64,000 nucleotides of DNA from Eledone cirrhosa (Eukaryota): positions 68,076,001-68,140,000 of the forward strand of contig OZ024742.1 in the NCBI GenBank assembly GCA_964016885.1, read 5' to 3'. Below the pieces are notes generated by a model. That model did no database searches. It saw nothing but the letters and a program-made list of their open reading frames with translations, and was not told the DNA's origin. This document shows positions 30,026 through 44,046 of the stretch, piece by piece (the first letter of the stretch is position 1; every line of letters begins with the position of its first letter). The position numbers were made by a program, and so were the translations under genes.

Positions 30026-30859
30026 ATGTATGTATGTATGTTGATGCTACTGGTAACATGTATCCCAGTACAACCTGTCTCATGGTCGGGTCGTTGGCGA
30101 CTAAACTGGCAACCCCACCAAGGTTTCTTGGTGAGGAGGGTGACTTTGGACATCCTGCAGGACTAAAAACAAAACCTGTCAAAGGGCAAAGGAGCTCTTA
30201 AGAGTCAATGGGCATCCAAAATCACCGGGAGAGATGACCCCTTAGCCTTTGTCAAGGCAGAATTCTAGGAGAAGGAAAACTCTCATATAACACCTGCAAC
30301 CCTGATGGTATCCAATGATGTTGACTTGTTCTTCTTTTTGGTAAATATCATCTTGGTTAAGAGAGTCGGACTGGCTTTGTGCAGTGCCTTTGCTCACTAT
30401 AAAAGCTTCACGGCACAGGCATTGCTTTATATCTGGAGATCTCTCTGCACTTGTCGTCACATGGTACCATGGGCCCAGCACTATGTGTCAATAATTGTCA
30501 CAAGTGTAGTGTTTGTACCAGAGTTTTCATCTCGCTGGCTGGACTAAAAAGTCACACTCGTTCAGCGCATCCGTAGGGGTTCTCCTACATGGATATAAAG
30601 TAGTGGCCGTACTCGAAAACGAGTTGGCAGCCACCATATATATATATAGATAGATGTGAGAAAAACCACAGACCCTCCATCTCAACTCACCTTTTGAAAA
30701 GCAGAAGAACTGCGAAACTGGTAAAGGAACCAAATAAATATATATATTTTTTAAATAAATAAGACTCCAGTTGCATTTTCGATTTCATCTCTTTTTCTTT
30801 ATACTTTCACTCGTGTAGGACACCTCGGTTATTTTTCATTTTGTAAAAAAAAACCTCAC

Positions 30860-30955
<96 letters not shown>

Positions 30956-31619
30956 ATGTATGTATGTATGTTGGTGCTACTGGTAACATGTATCCCAGTA
31001 CAACCTGTCTCATGGTCGGGTCGTTGGCGACTAAACTGGCAACCCCACCAAGGTTTCTTGGTGAGGAGGGTCACTTTGGACATCATGCAGGACTAAAAAC
31101 AAAACCTGTCAAAGGGCAAAGGAGCTCTTAAGAGTCAATGGCCATCCAAAATCACCGGGAGAGATGACCCCTTAGCCTTTGTCAAGGCAGAATTCTAGGA
31201 GAAGGAAAACTCTGATATAACACCTGCAACCCTGATGGTATCCAATGATGTTGACTTGTTCTTCTTTTTGGTAAATATCATCTTGGTTAAGAGAGTCGGA
31301 CTGGCTTTGTGCAGTGCCTTTGCTCACTATAAAAGCTTCACGGCACAGGCATTGCTTTATATCTGGAGATCTCTCTGCACTTGTCGTCACATGGTACCAT
31401 GGGCCCAGCACTATGTGTCAATATTTGTCACAAGTGTAGTGTTTGTACCAGAGTTTTCATGTCGCTGGCTGGACTAAAAAGTCACACTCGTTCAGCGCAT
31501 CCGTAGGGGTTCTCCTACATGGATATAAAGTAGTGGCCGTACTCGAAAACGAGTTGGCAGCCACCATATATATATATAGATAGATGTGAGAAAAACCACA
31601 GACCCTCCATCTCAACTCA

Positions 31620-31657
31620 CCTTTTGAAAAGCAGAAGAACTGCGAAACCGGTAAAGG
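31620..31657 (+). ncRNA. Last (26th) array hammerhead motif
   Basis: cctt-TTGAAAA-gcagaagaactgc-GAAA-ccgg-TA-aagg. Confidence 0.75.
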
Positions 31658-31789
31658 AACCAAATAAATATATATATTTTTTAAATAAATAAGACTCCAG
31701 TTGCATTTTCGATTTCATCTCTTTTTCTTTATACTTTCACTCGTGTAGGACACCTCGGTTATTTTTCATTTTGTAAAAAAAAACCTCAC

Positions 31790-31837
<48 letters not shown>

Positions 31838-32453
31838 ATGTATGTATGTATGTATGTATGTTGGTGCTACTGGTAACATGTATCCCAGTACAACCTGTCT
31901 CATGGTCGGGTCGTTGGCGACTAAACTGGCAACCCCACCAAGGTTTCTTGGTGAGGAGGGTGACTTTGGACATCCTGCAGGACTAAAAACAAAACCTGTC
32001 AAAGGGCAAAGGAGCTTTTAAGAGTCAATGGCCATCCAAAATCACCGGGAGAGATGACCCCTTAGCCTTTGTCAAGGCAGAATTCTAGGAGAAGGAAAAC
32101 TCTGATATAACACCTGCAACCCTGATGGTATCCAATGATGTTGACTTGTTCTTCTTTTTGGTAAATATCATCTTGGTTAAGAGAGTCGGACTGGCTTTGT
32201 GCAGTGCCTTTGCTCACTATAAAAGCTTCACGGCACAGGCATTGCTTTATATCTGGAGATCTCTCTGCACTTGTCGTCACATGGTACCATTGGCCCAGCA
32301 CTATGTGTCAATAATTGTCACAAGTGTAGTGTTTGTACCAGAGTTTTCAAGTCGCTGGCTGGACTAAAAAGTCACACTCGTTCAGCGCATTGGTAGGGGT
32401 TCTACTACATGGATATAAAGTAGTGGCCGTACTCGAAAACGAGTTGGCAGCCA

Positions 32454-32509
<56 letters not shown>

Positions 32510-32712
32510 GACAATTATTAAATATATAAATAAATAAATAAATGCCATTGTTAATTAATAAATAAATCAACTAATACCTTAACATGACACACAAAGTAAA
32601 ATATTTCGTTTTAATCATTTTCTAACCAAGAAAAAAAAAAAAAAATAAAAAAGGGAAAAAATATATGTTTCTCCCTAATAATCGTCTTTTTCTCCCTGTT
32701 TTCATATATCTA

Positions 32713-32754
<42 letters not shown>

Positions 32755-33213
32755 GGGGGAGGAGAAACGGAGAGACAGACTGACAAACAGACCAATTTAC
32801 AAACATTGGTATGCTGTGCACACATGTGAGCACGTATGCTTGTATGCGCGCCTATATATGAATGTGCCTGTTTTTGTGTCTGTATATACGTACGCTGTTC
32901 AAATTCAATTTCTCAAGGCTGTGATATGAATGGTTTTATTATCGAAGGAAGATAATGAAGATAACTAAAGATCAGAAATTGAATTAGATTTATATAGTCT
33001 ACATTTGGCACTTAACACCATCCTTTGTGTATTTTTGGACATTTGGTCACGGTTCAATACCAGGTAGTTCCAGTTAGCTTGTTGCAGCATGCCTGTCCAA
33101 TACAATTTAGCTGTAGATTTAAGTAGAGCAAGTTACAATGGCCGACATCGTGCCATATACAAAGAGAATCAATTATACTCACACACACTCACACACACAT
33201 ACACACACATATG

Positions 33214-33251
<38 letters not shown>

Positions 33252-33278
33252 CATGTATATATATATGTATGTAGTATC

Positions 33279-33350
<72 letters not shown>

Positions 33351-33804
33351 CTGTGTGTTTGTGTTGATGTTAGTGTGTGTGTTGATTTTATATGTACTTA
33401 TTTGCATAAACAATACACCAATTAGTAAATTATTGCATATTTATATTTTAGAATTTACATATACACATATGTTGTTATTATTTTAATATGCTAATACAAT
33501 TTATTCTTATGTTACGTATTTTTCAATTTGCAATTATTTCCATATTCTATATTAGCATTGTGTTAATAAGTATGCAAATTCTGTACAAATATGACTTGAA
33601 TGTATAATAAGAACCTACAGTAAGGCAACAATAGGCTTGAAGTTACAATATCTTTTAGTAACTGCCATCTTGTAATTGCTGTCATTATTCTACGACTTCA
33701 GATCAAATCACACGTTTTTATGTTTGTTATATTTTCTATTTGCTCGTTTATGATAAATGACATATATATTCATAACATAACTCATGTGGTTAGTATTACT
33801 AATA

Positions 33805-34015
33805 TTGGTTTCTTATATAAGCACAAGGCCAGCAATTATTTTTTGGGGGGAAAGTCGATTAAATCGACTGGTACTTTATTTCACCGACCCCGTAAGGATG
33901 AAAGGCAAAGTTAACTTCGGCGGGATTTGAACTCAGATCATAAAGGGCCGTATACTCTATGCTGTAAAGCATGACGTCCAAACCTCTACTGATACTGCCA
34001 ATCCACTGCCCTCTT
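33805..34015 (-). mobile_element. tRNA-derived SINE with 12 bp target-site duplication
   Basis: Reverse complement of the 1876 family; gtattactaata at 33793-33804 and 34016-34027. Confidence 0.85.
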
Positions 34016-34642
34016 GTATTACTAATACTCTATTAACATAATGGCTCAATTCATTTATTTGGAGGGGGAGGGTGAAGTTGTCGCTATTGCTGTTGTTATT
34101 GATACTGATATATATATATATATATACAGGTAAGTAAGCATGCCTACACTATCAAATAATTACATACTCGATTTTGCATGGTTACATAATAAATGCAGGC
34201 ATTGGTTGATGTGCACTCTATTGCTGCAATAAAGTGTGGTCAAAACTCAAGTTCGGGTATAGATTTGAGGTACCCATTTACGCGAACGCTTAGATTATAT
34301 AATATATACGAGGCTTAAGACGCGATTCCTTCATCGGGAAAGAAAGATAGAATAGGAAGGGAGAAACAAACGGTCTTTTTAAAAATGAAAAAGAAAAATA
34401 ATTGTTTTTTTAATTAGAGGTGATTAGGGATGGGTGGAGTCATAAAATGTCCCTGAGAGTAAGATTATACGATGGTGCTATTATGTTTGTACAGTTGAGT
34501 CGCATTGGCTGAGTGTGGTGAGGGGGAATTGTGTTTGTATAGCGAGGGAGAGACAGTGTGTGAAAGATACATAGATATTGCCATAGTAACTAACACAACC
34601 TTTAAAGGTCCATAAAAATGCCTATAAACGTCAAAAGGATAC

Positions 34643-35085
34643 CTAAATATGGGATGTTACGCGAAGGGACCCCACAGCCCCGGCGGACAGGATGGAGAGG
34701 GCGTTTCCACGGAGGACGACAACGGAGACGCGCCGGAAAAGCCACTCCAACTCGCGGAGTTCACACCTGCGGCTGGCCAGCTCAGCGCCTATGGTGGTGA
34801 GTAAGGAGGTAGCACTAGGGCCGAGGACACCAGACGTCTCCACTGCCAGGGGTACAACCGCAAACCTATCGGAGAGCGACCGGTATTTGAGGAGTTTGGC
34901 CTCCTCAGCCCGACGGGCAGCAGAACCTGGGTTCGTCGCAGACTGCACCAGGTTGCGGCTGCAGAAAGTGTCGGTGCAAGTAGTATCCCAGACGAGGGGT
35001 TTGCCACCGCGAAACGGGAAGATGGTCATGCCATCTGGCCTTTTGCGGTCCCCTCGGTCCAGCCCCACCGGCTCGAGTTGGGACG
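34643..35085 (-). mobile_element. 5'-truncated CRE-clade non-LTR retrotransposon: restriction-like endonuclease C-terminus
   Basis: ORF 34643-35068: RPDGMTIFPFRGGKPLVWDTTC..AEEAKLLKY..PLAVETSGVLG..SVVVLRGNA; GC-rich island; frame open. Confidence 0.85.
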
Positions 35086-35107
35086 CGGCTTTTTATGTAT
35101 GCTTTTG

Positions 35108-35270
35108 TGTGTGGCTGATTGGTTAGAGAACTGGATTCCCAATCTTGAGGGGATGCGTTATGTCCTTGAGCAAGACACTTTATTTCACGTTGCTCCTTCT
35201 ACCTGGAGTTGCGACCGATAGATAGTATTAGCAATTGGAAAGACCAACGGAAGTCGATCGACTAAGTTAA
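35108..35270 (+). mobile_element. SINE fragment of a second family (related minus-strand copy at ~36975-37088)
   Basis: A-box-like tggctgattggttag; core tccttgagcaagacactttatttcacgttgctcc; inverted homolog ggagcgacgtgaaataaagtgtcttgctcaggga. Confidence 0.65.
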
Positions 35271-36254
35271 ATTTTGTGTGTTTAGAATATTGTATCGTAT
35301 ATATATGTGTGTGTTTGTGTAATATGTATGTATGTATATATGAGTGGGGACATGTGTGCACTATGGATTGTGTTCTGAGTATGTACATAGTTAAAGGGAG
35401 CACTTTAACGTAATCACAGCTGAAGGTTTGAAATCAGTCTGGCTGATCTATTTATTTATGTCCACGAGGATATTGTATTAAAAAAAAACCTGTTTACATA
35501 TGTCGATTTATAAAAGTCTATAAATATATTCTATAGTACGCTCTATCAAGTATGTTTTTTTATGTATGTATATTTGTATGTATGTATATAGGTATGTATG
35601 TATTATGTTTGTATGTATGTATGTACGTATGTGTGTATGGATAGATAGATCGATAGAGTTAGATCGATAGACTTTCATACATATGTCTATTTTTTTACTT
35701 ATTTACACCAGCGACGTATATGTATATTTTGTTCAGGTTAAGCATAAATATATATGTATATATATATATATATGTGTGTGTGTTTGTGTGTGCGGATGTG
35801 TACGAATGTGTACGAATACGTAGGTTTGTACGTGTGTCCGCCTACGTATATATGCACATAGTGTTTTCGTGATCAACTCTATCATACTGTCCATTATATT
35901 TTATAGTCAATTATGAGTTGTATTTGCGAATACTTAAACATATATGTGCGTAGGTATATAGGTATGTGTGTATCCGCAATAATGACTATGTGCTTTCCTC
36001 TGTCTAAACTGTGATGATATCAATATCTTAGGTCATTGATACAATTACATACCCACACACTCACGCACACATATATACACACAATACAGTGTACACAAAT
36101 CGTCGAAGAAATTTTTATGTAGGTTTGTTGAATTTTACTATGCGGAATCTTCATTTTTAATGACTGATTTGAACACCAGCTGGTTCTGTTTACATCGAGC
36201 TATTAAATTCGGAATATCAATATATACCCTAAAATCTGAAGTATGTATATAGGA

Positions 36255-36413
<159 letters not shown>

Positions 36414-36688
36414 AACTGGGCCTGGCTCAGGCGTCAGGAAAGGCGGAAGTTATAGTTCACTTGAAGCATTGTGTAATGAGGTATAAACGTTTGTATTTGT
36501 AAAGCCAAAACAATGCAGGTATGGATATAGAATATAAATGCAAATGCAAAAGATATTGTTGACAATTAGTCTTTTACTTTAAATTTATTTAAATATCCTT
36601 AATTTTCGAGATAATATCTTTTCTTCGGAAGGAAGTAAAGTGGTTAAACCAGCGTTCTAAATAGCTTGCCAAGTCATGCTGACAGGAA

Positions 36689-36971
<283 letters not shown>

Positions 36972-37086
36972 TATATCGACTTTCGTCAAATCGGGCCGAG
37001 GAAACAATTGGTAAAACTATCTATCGGTCGCAATTCCAGGTAGCAGGAGCGACGTGAAATAAAGTGTCTTGCTCAGGGATATAACG

Positions 37087-37212
37087 CAGACTCACTTTAA
37101 GAATAAATCAAGAGAGTAAATACAAACCGGAATTGTGGTAACTACCAATTGTGGTAGTTACCACAATTCCGGTTTGTATTTACTTTCTTGATTTATTCTT
37201 AAACTGAGTCTG
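37087..37212. repeat. Near-perfect ~126 bp palindrome
   Basis: cagactcactttaagaataaatcaag...ccggaattgtggtaactacca / tggtagttaccacaattccgg...cttgatttattcttaaactgagtctg. Confidence 0.9.
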
Positions 37213-37718
37213 GCAAACCCTATTGTCTGTAGTTAGTATTTTTTCACCTTAGCAAATCTGGTCGCATACGATTTGAACACATATATGTATATGTCTGTGT
37301 TCGTTTTTCTTTTTTATTCAGTTATAATATATATATATATGTTTCAGTCCTGGGTGACCTTTTACATCATGGATCTCAGGCCTCGCGCACCAGGACTGAT
37401 CAAAGTCTGATTCACCGCCTTGGGTCCTATTCCCTTCTTGGACTCAATTAACCTCCCCAATTTCTCTAATAGCCCGTCCATTATCACACCCCCTACATTC
37501 CTATTGCTTTGTCTTGATCATTAACATCTTCTCTTACAACTAATACAAACGACTATATATGCTCACTACACTTCTCCCTTCACTCCACTTTTCCCTTCAC
37601 ACATACACACCCTTATATTAACATACTTTTGCTCATAGCTTCGTACTTACATGCACACACACTCTTTTATTCACATATACACACACATTTCTTCTTAGCT
37701 TCGTACGGACTTATAATA

Positions 37719-37749
<31 letters not shown>

Positions 37750-37971
37750 CACATGCAGAAGTATAGCTCTTTTTACAAAACGGTTTTTTTTCCATCTCAG
37801 GTAGACGCGCTCCATCATCCACTTTTCTAAAAAAATAAATCATACACAAAACGCCAGCACCAACAGTTTTGCAAGAGATGTCAACATGAATGGACCTGTT
37901 ATTTTTATCTAAAGACATTTTTTCCAATTCCATCCTGCCCGTCCCCTTAATCTATCTTATTTCTCTTTCTT

Positions 37972-38007
37972 TCTTCTGGTGAAGGACTAGCGTCCGAAAC
38001 ATTAAGA
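37972..38007 (+). ncRNA. Decayed minimal hammerhead motif (A6 to G); related minus-strand copy at ~42835-42873
   Basis: tctt-CTGGTGA-a-ggac-tagc-gtcc-GAAA-catt-aaga; homolog reads tct-ATGATGA-aggacttgtatcc-GAAA-cgttaaga. Confidence 0.55.
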
Positions 38008-38224
38008 CTCTCTTCCTGCTATTTCAAGCCTTAACCTAATATATTCCTTCCATATACTGTACCGATTGTGTTGCTATTTCTGTTTAGCTTTTATATACAT
38101 ATATATATATATATATATATACATATATACATATGTATATATATATGTATGGAGGGGGGGGTATATATATATACATATATACATATGCATATAGATATGT
38201 GTGGGGGGCTGTATATATAAATAT

Positions 38225-38283
<59 letters not shown>

Positions 38284-39734
38284 GGGTTTGAAAAATTTGA
38301 AAAATGCAATGAGATTTTGCCTATTTAGAAGGTTTCTGTATTCATGTGCCAAATAATTTGATGATTAGCTATAATTTTGTTCACTTTTACCGGCTTCAGC
38401 TGTTTTTACAGCATTTTCAACTCCGAAGAGGAATGACTGGTCGCCGTCAACAAAACATGGACCCACAAATCAGAAAGATCCCTCTAAGACAACATATAGA
38501 GAAATGGGGAGGACGAATTCTAGCAACTTTCGATGACTTCCAGTGTAGTGGAAATTTCACACAGAAAAATAATATTAATGAGGAAAATGTCTTCATAAGT
38601 AACTTCCAATCAAAACTCATTTTTTTACACACTTAAAAAATATTTTGTCATTAAACGGAGAAATCAAACCTGAATTACGGTCCTTGTAATGAAGCATATT
38701 CAACAGCAAATCATGGAATGGCATAGAAAGGACTAAGAAAAACATAAGGAAGGCCAAAAATACGAGTGTCATGCTCATTGACGCTACCCCTGGAGGCTAA
38801 CTAGCGTATTGTTTAAAAAAAAACCCTTAGGTTTATAGTAATAGAAAAGCTAGGACTACCATAAAATTCCGGATCAGAAGGACATAACCCTTTAGGAAAA
38901 AACCCTGTACTACTAGAAACTGTATAGTCTGTAAGATAAGCCCACAGATAAACTGTAAATCGAGAAATTCAGTTTATAGGATAAAATGTACAGAGGGACA
39001 ATGCAGAAACAAGAAAATGACATACATAGGAGAGATAGCCCGTAGTATAGAGAAGGATTAAAGGAGAACATAAGGAGAAGAAATGCTGATCATTGTTATA
39101 TCAAAATGCAAAACTAGAACACGAGGGCTCAATAGATAACATAGAAATAAAGATCCTATCCACAACTAGGACTGACGCAACACTGAGACAAATTACAGAG
39201 ACCACTCACATACAGAAGATAGTCTTACTCTGAACAGAAAACACAAATGTAACAAGCAGCAACTTAAAGGCTGAACGCAGAACAGCAAAACAACAATCGA
39301 TACAAACCCACACAAACATGAAATCCACGCACACATGACAAACACATACATACACACACACAAAGGTAAGATGAGGTAGACATTTAAGACTAGGAATAAG
39401 AGAAGGTACAAATCAGATAATCGTTGAGAAGGTCACAGATCGTGTGACGAAAAAAATCTTTGATAAACAAATGAATAACGATCAATAAAGATAAAATGGA
39501 AATTATAGGATATGTTTTTTCTTTCTATTGGTAATATTGGCAACATGACCATCCGCAAATATAGCATATATATATATATAGAAATATATATATATGCTAT
39601 ATTTGTTTGTATATATATATATATTTCTCTCTATATATATGCTATATTTGTTCGTGTATATATATATATATATATATGCTATATTTGTTTGTATATATAT
39701 ATGTTTGTATATATATATATAAAAGAAATTTCAA

Positions 39735-40325
39735 CACATATATGTATATATCTGTGTTCGTTTTCTGTTATATTCAATTATAATATACGGCTCGGAAAAA
39801 TCTCTTTCTTAGAGCTATTTTATTGTAAGAGACTATTTTGAGTTTCTAACTCAATATATACCTTTGATATATTCGGCTCCGTTAATTTGTTGAGCTATTT
39901 CAAATGTCGAATAAACCTGGCTGCTATTTTTAGTGGTGTAATTTTGTGAGACACGCTAAGATACCATGTCCGTTAAAGTACCAGTAATGTACTGGATGTT
40001 TTCTGGCCTTGTGCCTAAAATAGAAACAATTATATATAGCACACTATTCAGTGCCTTAATATACTTAGAAGTGTCTAGGATACTATATCTTCACCTACTG
40101 ATGCGCTACTTAAATTGAGACAGGCAAACCCAATTGTCTATAGTTAGTATTCTTTTCACCTTAGCTAATCTGGTCCCTTGCGATTTGAACACATATATGT
40201 ATATATCTGTGTTCGTTTTTCTTTTATATTCAATTATAATATACGGCTCGGAAATATTTCGTTCTTAGAACTATTTTATTGTAAGAGACTATTTTGAGTT
40301 TCTAACTCAATATATAACTTTGATA
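39735..40325 (+). repeat. Direct repeat of ~135 bp (39735-39870 and 40190-40325); partly shared with 37213-37330
   Basis: aacacatatatgtatatatctgtgttcgtttt...gactattttgagtttctaactcaatata occurs twice. Confidence 0.8.
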
Positions 40326-40352
40326 TATATATATGTGTACATATACACATAC

Positions 40353-40468
<116 letters not shown>

Positions 40469-40568
40469 ATATATATATGTATATATGTATATATATATGT
40501 ATATATATGTATATATATATATATATATGTCATAGATATATACATATGCGCGCGTGTGTGTGTGTGTG

Positions 40569-40678
<110 letters not shown>

Positions 40679-40750
40679 TGAAAGAGAGAGATATGATAGA
40701 TATATAGATAGATAGATATTAAAGATCCCTCGGATTATATGTATATGCGG

Positions 40751-40795
<45 letters not shown>

Positions 40796-41076
40796 TGTGT
40801 AGGTGTGTGTGTGTATGTGTGTTATAGGTTTGATACCGTAGTAACCTGTTTGTTGATTATTACTCTCATCCCATTAACATTTCACCTCTTTATATATGTG
40901 TGTGTGTGTGTTTAAGTGTTCGTGGGTGAATGTGAGTGTGTGTGTTTATAAAGAGTAAATATCTCCCAGACCGGCATGGGGTCATAATGATATATTTATT
41001 TATTAATGATTTACTATGTTCTTCAGCGTCCACAGACACTGGCACGAACACGTATTTATATATGTATATATATATG

Positions 41077-41144
<68 letters not shown>

Positions 41145-41343
41145 TAAACGGAATAGAAAATGCTGACAAATCGTTCACAGTGAAAAATAGTTTAATTAGG
41201 AATAAGTGAGAATTAGTAATTGTATTGGTTAGTATTCAGTTTTGGTTATATATATATATATATACAACGAAGGAAATGTGGTAAGGAACCAGGTGGACCA
41301 TAACGCACCAAAGTACTCAATACTTAGGGTAGTAGAGTGGGTA

Positions 41344-41454
41344 ATAGGAACGAGTAGGACTCCGACGGCTGAGCTCAAGCCGTTTCGACGGCTAATTCAG
41401 TCTAGAATTAGCCGTCGAAACGGCTTGAGCTCAGCCGTCGAGGTCCTACTCGTT

Positions 41455-41506
<52 letters not shown>

Positions 41507-41621
41507 AAAAAGTATGACCCCCACGCAGATCTCAAGCCATTTCGACAGCTATTTCTTCGTCCAGAAATAGCTGTCGAAACGGCTTGAGCTCTGCCGTCGG
41601 GGTTCTGACACTTTTCCTATA
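41344..41621. repeat. Two related ~115-120 bp hairpin palindromes (41344-41459 and 41501-41621) separated by (TA)n
   Basis: ctgagctcaagccgtttcgacggctaattc / gaattagccgtcgaaacggcttgagctcag; the second is a diverged version. Confidence 0.9.
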
Positions 41622-41859
41622 TGTATATATATATATATATATATATTTCGTTTCTGAATTTGTTTAGCAAGATTCTTTATCTGACATCGTGTGTTGAAAC
41701 CGATATTGTGATACTTTGGGAGGGTCATGTTGCCAATAAGAAACACACGCACCAGTTGCTTTCACTTCAATTTATTATATATTTATAAATTTACAAATTT
41801 ATAAATTTATAAATTTCTGGTTGGTTGGTTGGTTCCACAACCAGATAGTTGTTTATATA

Positions 41860-41906
41860 TAGTCATAGTCCTTTCGTCACACACTCTGTGACCTCTTCAG
41901 TGACTA
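41860..41906 (-). ncRNA. Minimal type I hammerhead ribozyme motif
   Basis: Minus strand: tagtca-CTGAAGA-g-gtcac-agagtgt-gtgac-GAAA-ggac-TA-tgacta; perfect 6 bp stem I. Confidence 0.75.
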
Positions 41907-41967
41907 GGGATTCCTTTCTTTGTTTCTGTGCCTCTCCTTTCTCTGTCCTATGCCATTTTGTTTCTGA

Positions 41968-42046
41968 AAGAAGAAGAAGAAGAAGAAGAAGAAGAAGAAG
42001 AAGAAGAAGAAGAAGAAGAAGAAGAAGAAGAAGAAGAAGAAGAAGA
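41968..42046. repeat. (GAA)n microsatellite
   Basis: Pure trinucleotide run. Confidence 0.95.
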
Positions 42047-42978
42047 ATTACTTTGGGATTTTGACATTCGAAATAATGTAATAAATCAAATAGAAAAGGC
42101 AGTAAAGAATAAAGTTAGATAATAAGAATAAAGGTAGATAATAATAAAGGTAAATGAAAATTTAATGCAATGAAATAAAAAAACAAGTTAGAGATGGTAA
42201 AATAACTGAAAAATCTAATATCTAAAATCTAAAATAACAGTTTGAAAATTCAACGTAAAAGTAAAATATAATATAAAAATACATGTTAATAGAAAAAAAA
42301 ACTTAATATAGGAGAGAATAATCCAACACATACAAGCAACACAAAAAATACAAAGATATATTAAGGGTAATTAAAATCTCATAATTCAGCAGACAGAAAA
42401 CCAGAGACAATACGACTAGTTCTACATTACGTCACTACAATTAAATTCACTGAAATAAAAGTACTATGCTTGAACAACCACAATGGTATTGAACTGTGTT
42501 TCATGTGATACGCTGAACCCATGTAAATTTTACCCTAAATACTTGACAGGAATCAAGGTCAGACTTAGAAGAATACAAATGACCCATATATATGTGGGTG
42601 TGTATGTGTGTTTTGTGTGTGTGTATATGTGTATGTGTGCGTGTGTGTCTGTGTGTGTGAGAGAGTGAGTGTGTGTGTTTGTATGTGCGTATGTGTGTGT
42701 GTGTTTGTCTGTGTGTGTTTGTCTGTCTGTGTGTGTGTGTGTCCGTATGTAAAAAGTAAACAGAAATAACAAAGCAAACGACACAGTACATTGAAGAAAT
42801 AATTTAGCTTAACGCTTCAATTAACAGGAAAAGAATCTTAACGTTTCGGATACAAGTCCTTCATCATAGAATTAGAAATAACAAATAAAATAGAAATATA
42901 AAGAGTGAGAAGAGAAAGGAAAGGAAAAAATGAGAAAAAAAACATGTTTATTCAGTCAGCCATTTTTGAGACTATATA

Positions 42979-43069
<91 letters not shown>

Positions 43070-43195
43070 AGAATATTTTCGAAAAAGCGTGTGGGTTTGA
43101 AATTATTAGAAATGTAAGCTATGGCCGTATTTTGACTAAAGAAATTAAAGAAATTATTTAGCCTGATAGTGGGGTTAAGGACCCTCGGAGAAATG

Positions 43196-43382
43196 GAAAA
43201 CACCTCCTTCTCTACCCTGATTTTCCTTTTCAAATGAAATAGTAATAATAATAATTGTGAAGACTAAAATTCGAAGAGGGCTCGGTCAGGGTAATATATA
43301 TATATATATATATATATATGAGTTTCAGAAGATCCTGTCAAGGGTGAAAGCAGCGATTCTTTGCTTAAACTTTAATCTGTTA

Positions 43383-43447
<65 letters not shown>

Positions 43448-43974
43448 TATACATATATATATATATAATATAAGATCAAAAGATGGTTAAAGGAGTTCCA
43501 TGTATTTTATTATGCGCATTTCAAAAACAAACATCATCATGCAATAATATTTGTGTTTTCATCAGATAAAACAGGAGAACATGATATGAAGGCTAAAAAA
43601 CACTTGTGGATAGTGCAGTTTTAAATCAACATATGAAAAGTGGTTTTAGATTGATGTGTGATATTTTTTTTTTTTTTTTTTTTTTTCCCAATATCACACA
43701 TCAATCTAAAACCACTTTTCATATGTTGATTTAAAACTGCACTATCCACAAGTGTTTTTTTAGCCTTCATATCATGTTCTCCTGTTTTATCTGATGAAAA
43801 CACAAATATTATTGCATGATGATGTTTGTTTTTGAAATGCGCATAATAAAATACATGGAACTCCTTTAACCATCTTTTGATCTTATATTATGTATACTCC
43901 AGTCCTACAAACTGTAGAGTGCTTCTTATCCGATATCTGCATTGCTTTATTGTACTACAATAAAACTCACCTCC

Positions 43975-44046
<72 letters not shown>

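Noticed and set aside
34692-35126. 144 aa plus-strand ORF
   Set aside because: Antisense shadow of the GC-rich CRE endonuclease frame
37341-37410. Minus-strand HHR-like motif (TTGATCA-gtcctgg..ccaggact-GAAA)
   Set aside because: The core lacks a valid 3-8 pair and stem I is unconvincing; at most a dead relic.
38346-38636. 96 aa ORF or possible Tc1 relic (DWSPS-like)
   Set aside because: Only a 5-residue resemblance; no TIR pair or domain support.
43320-43360. HHR-like cagaaga-tcc..gggt-GAAA motif (also ~54245-54280, minus strand)
   Set aside because: The core is mutated and there is no UH cleavage site in register.
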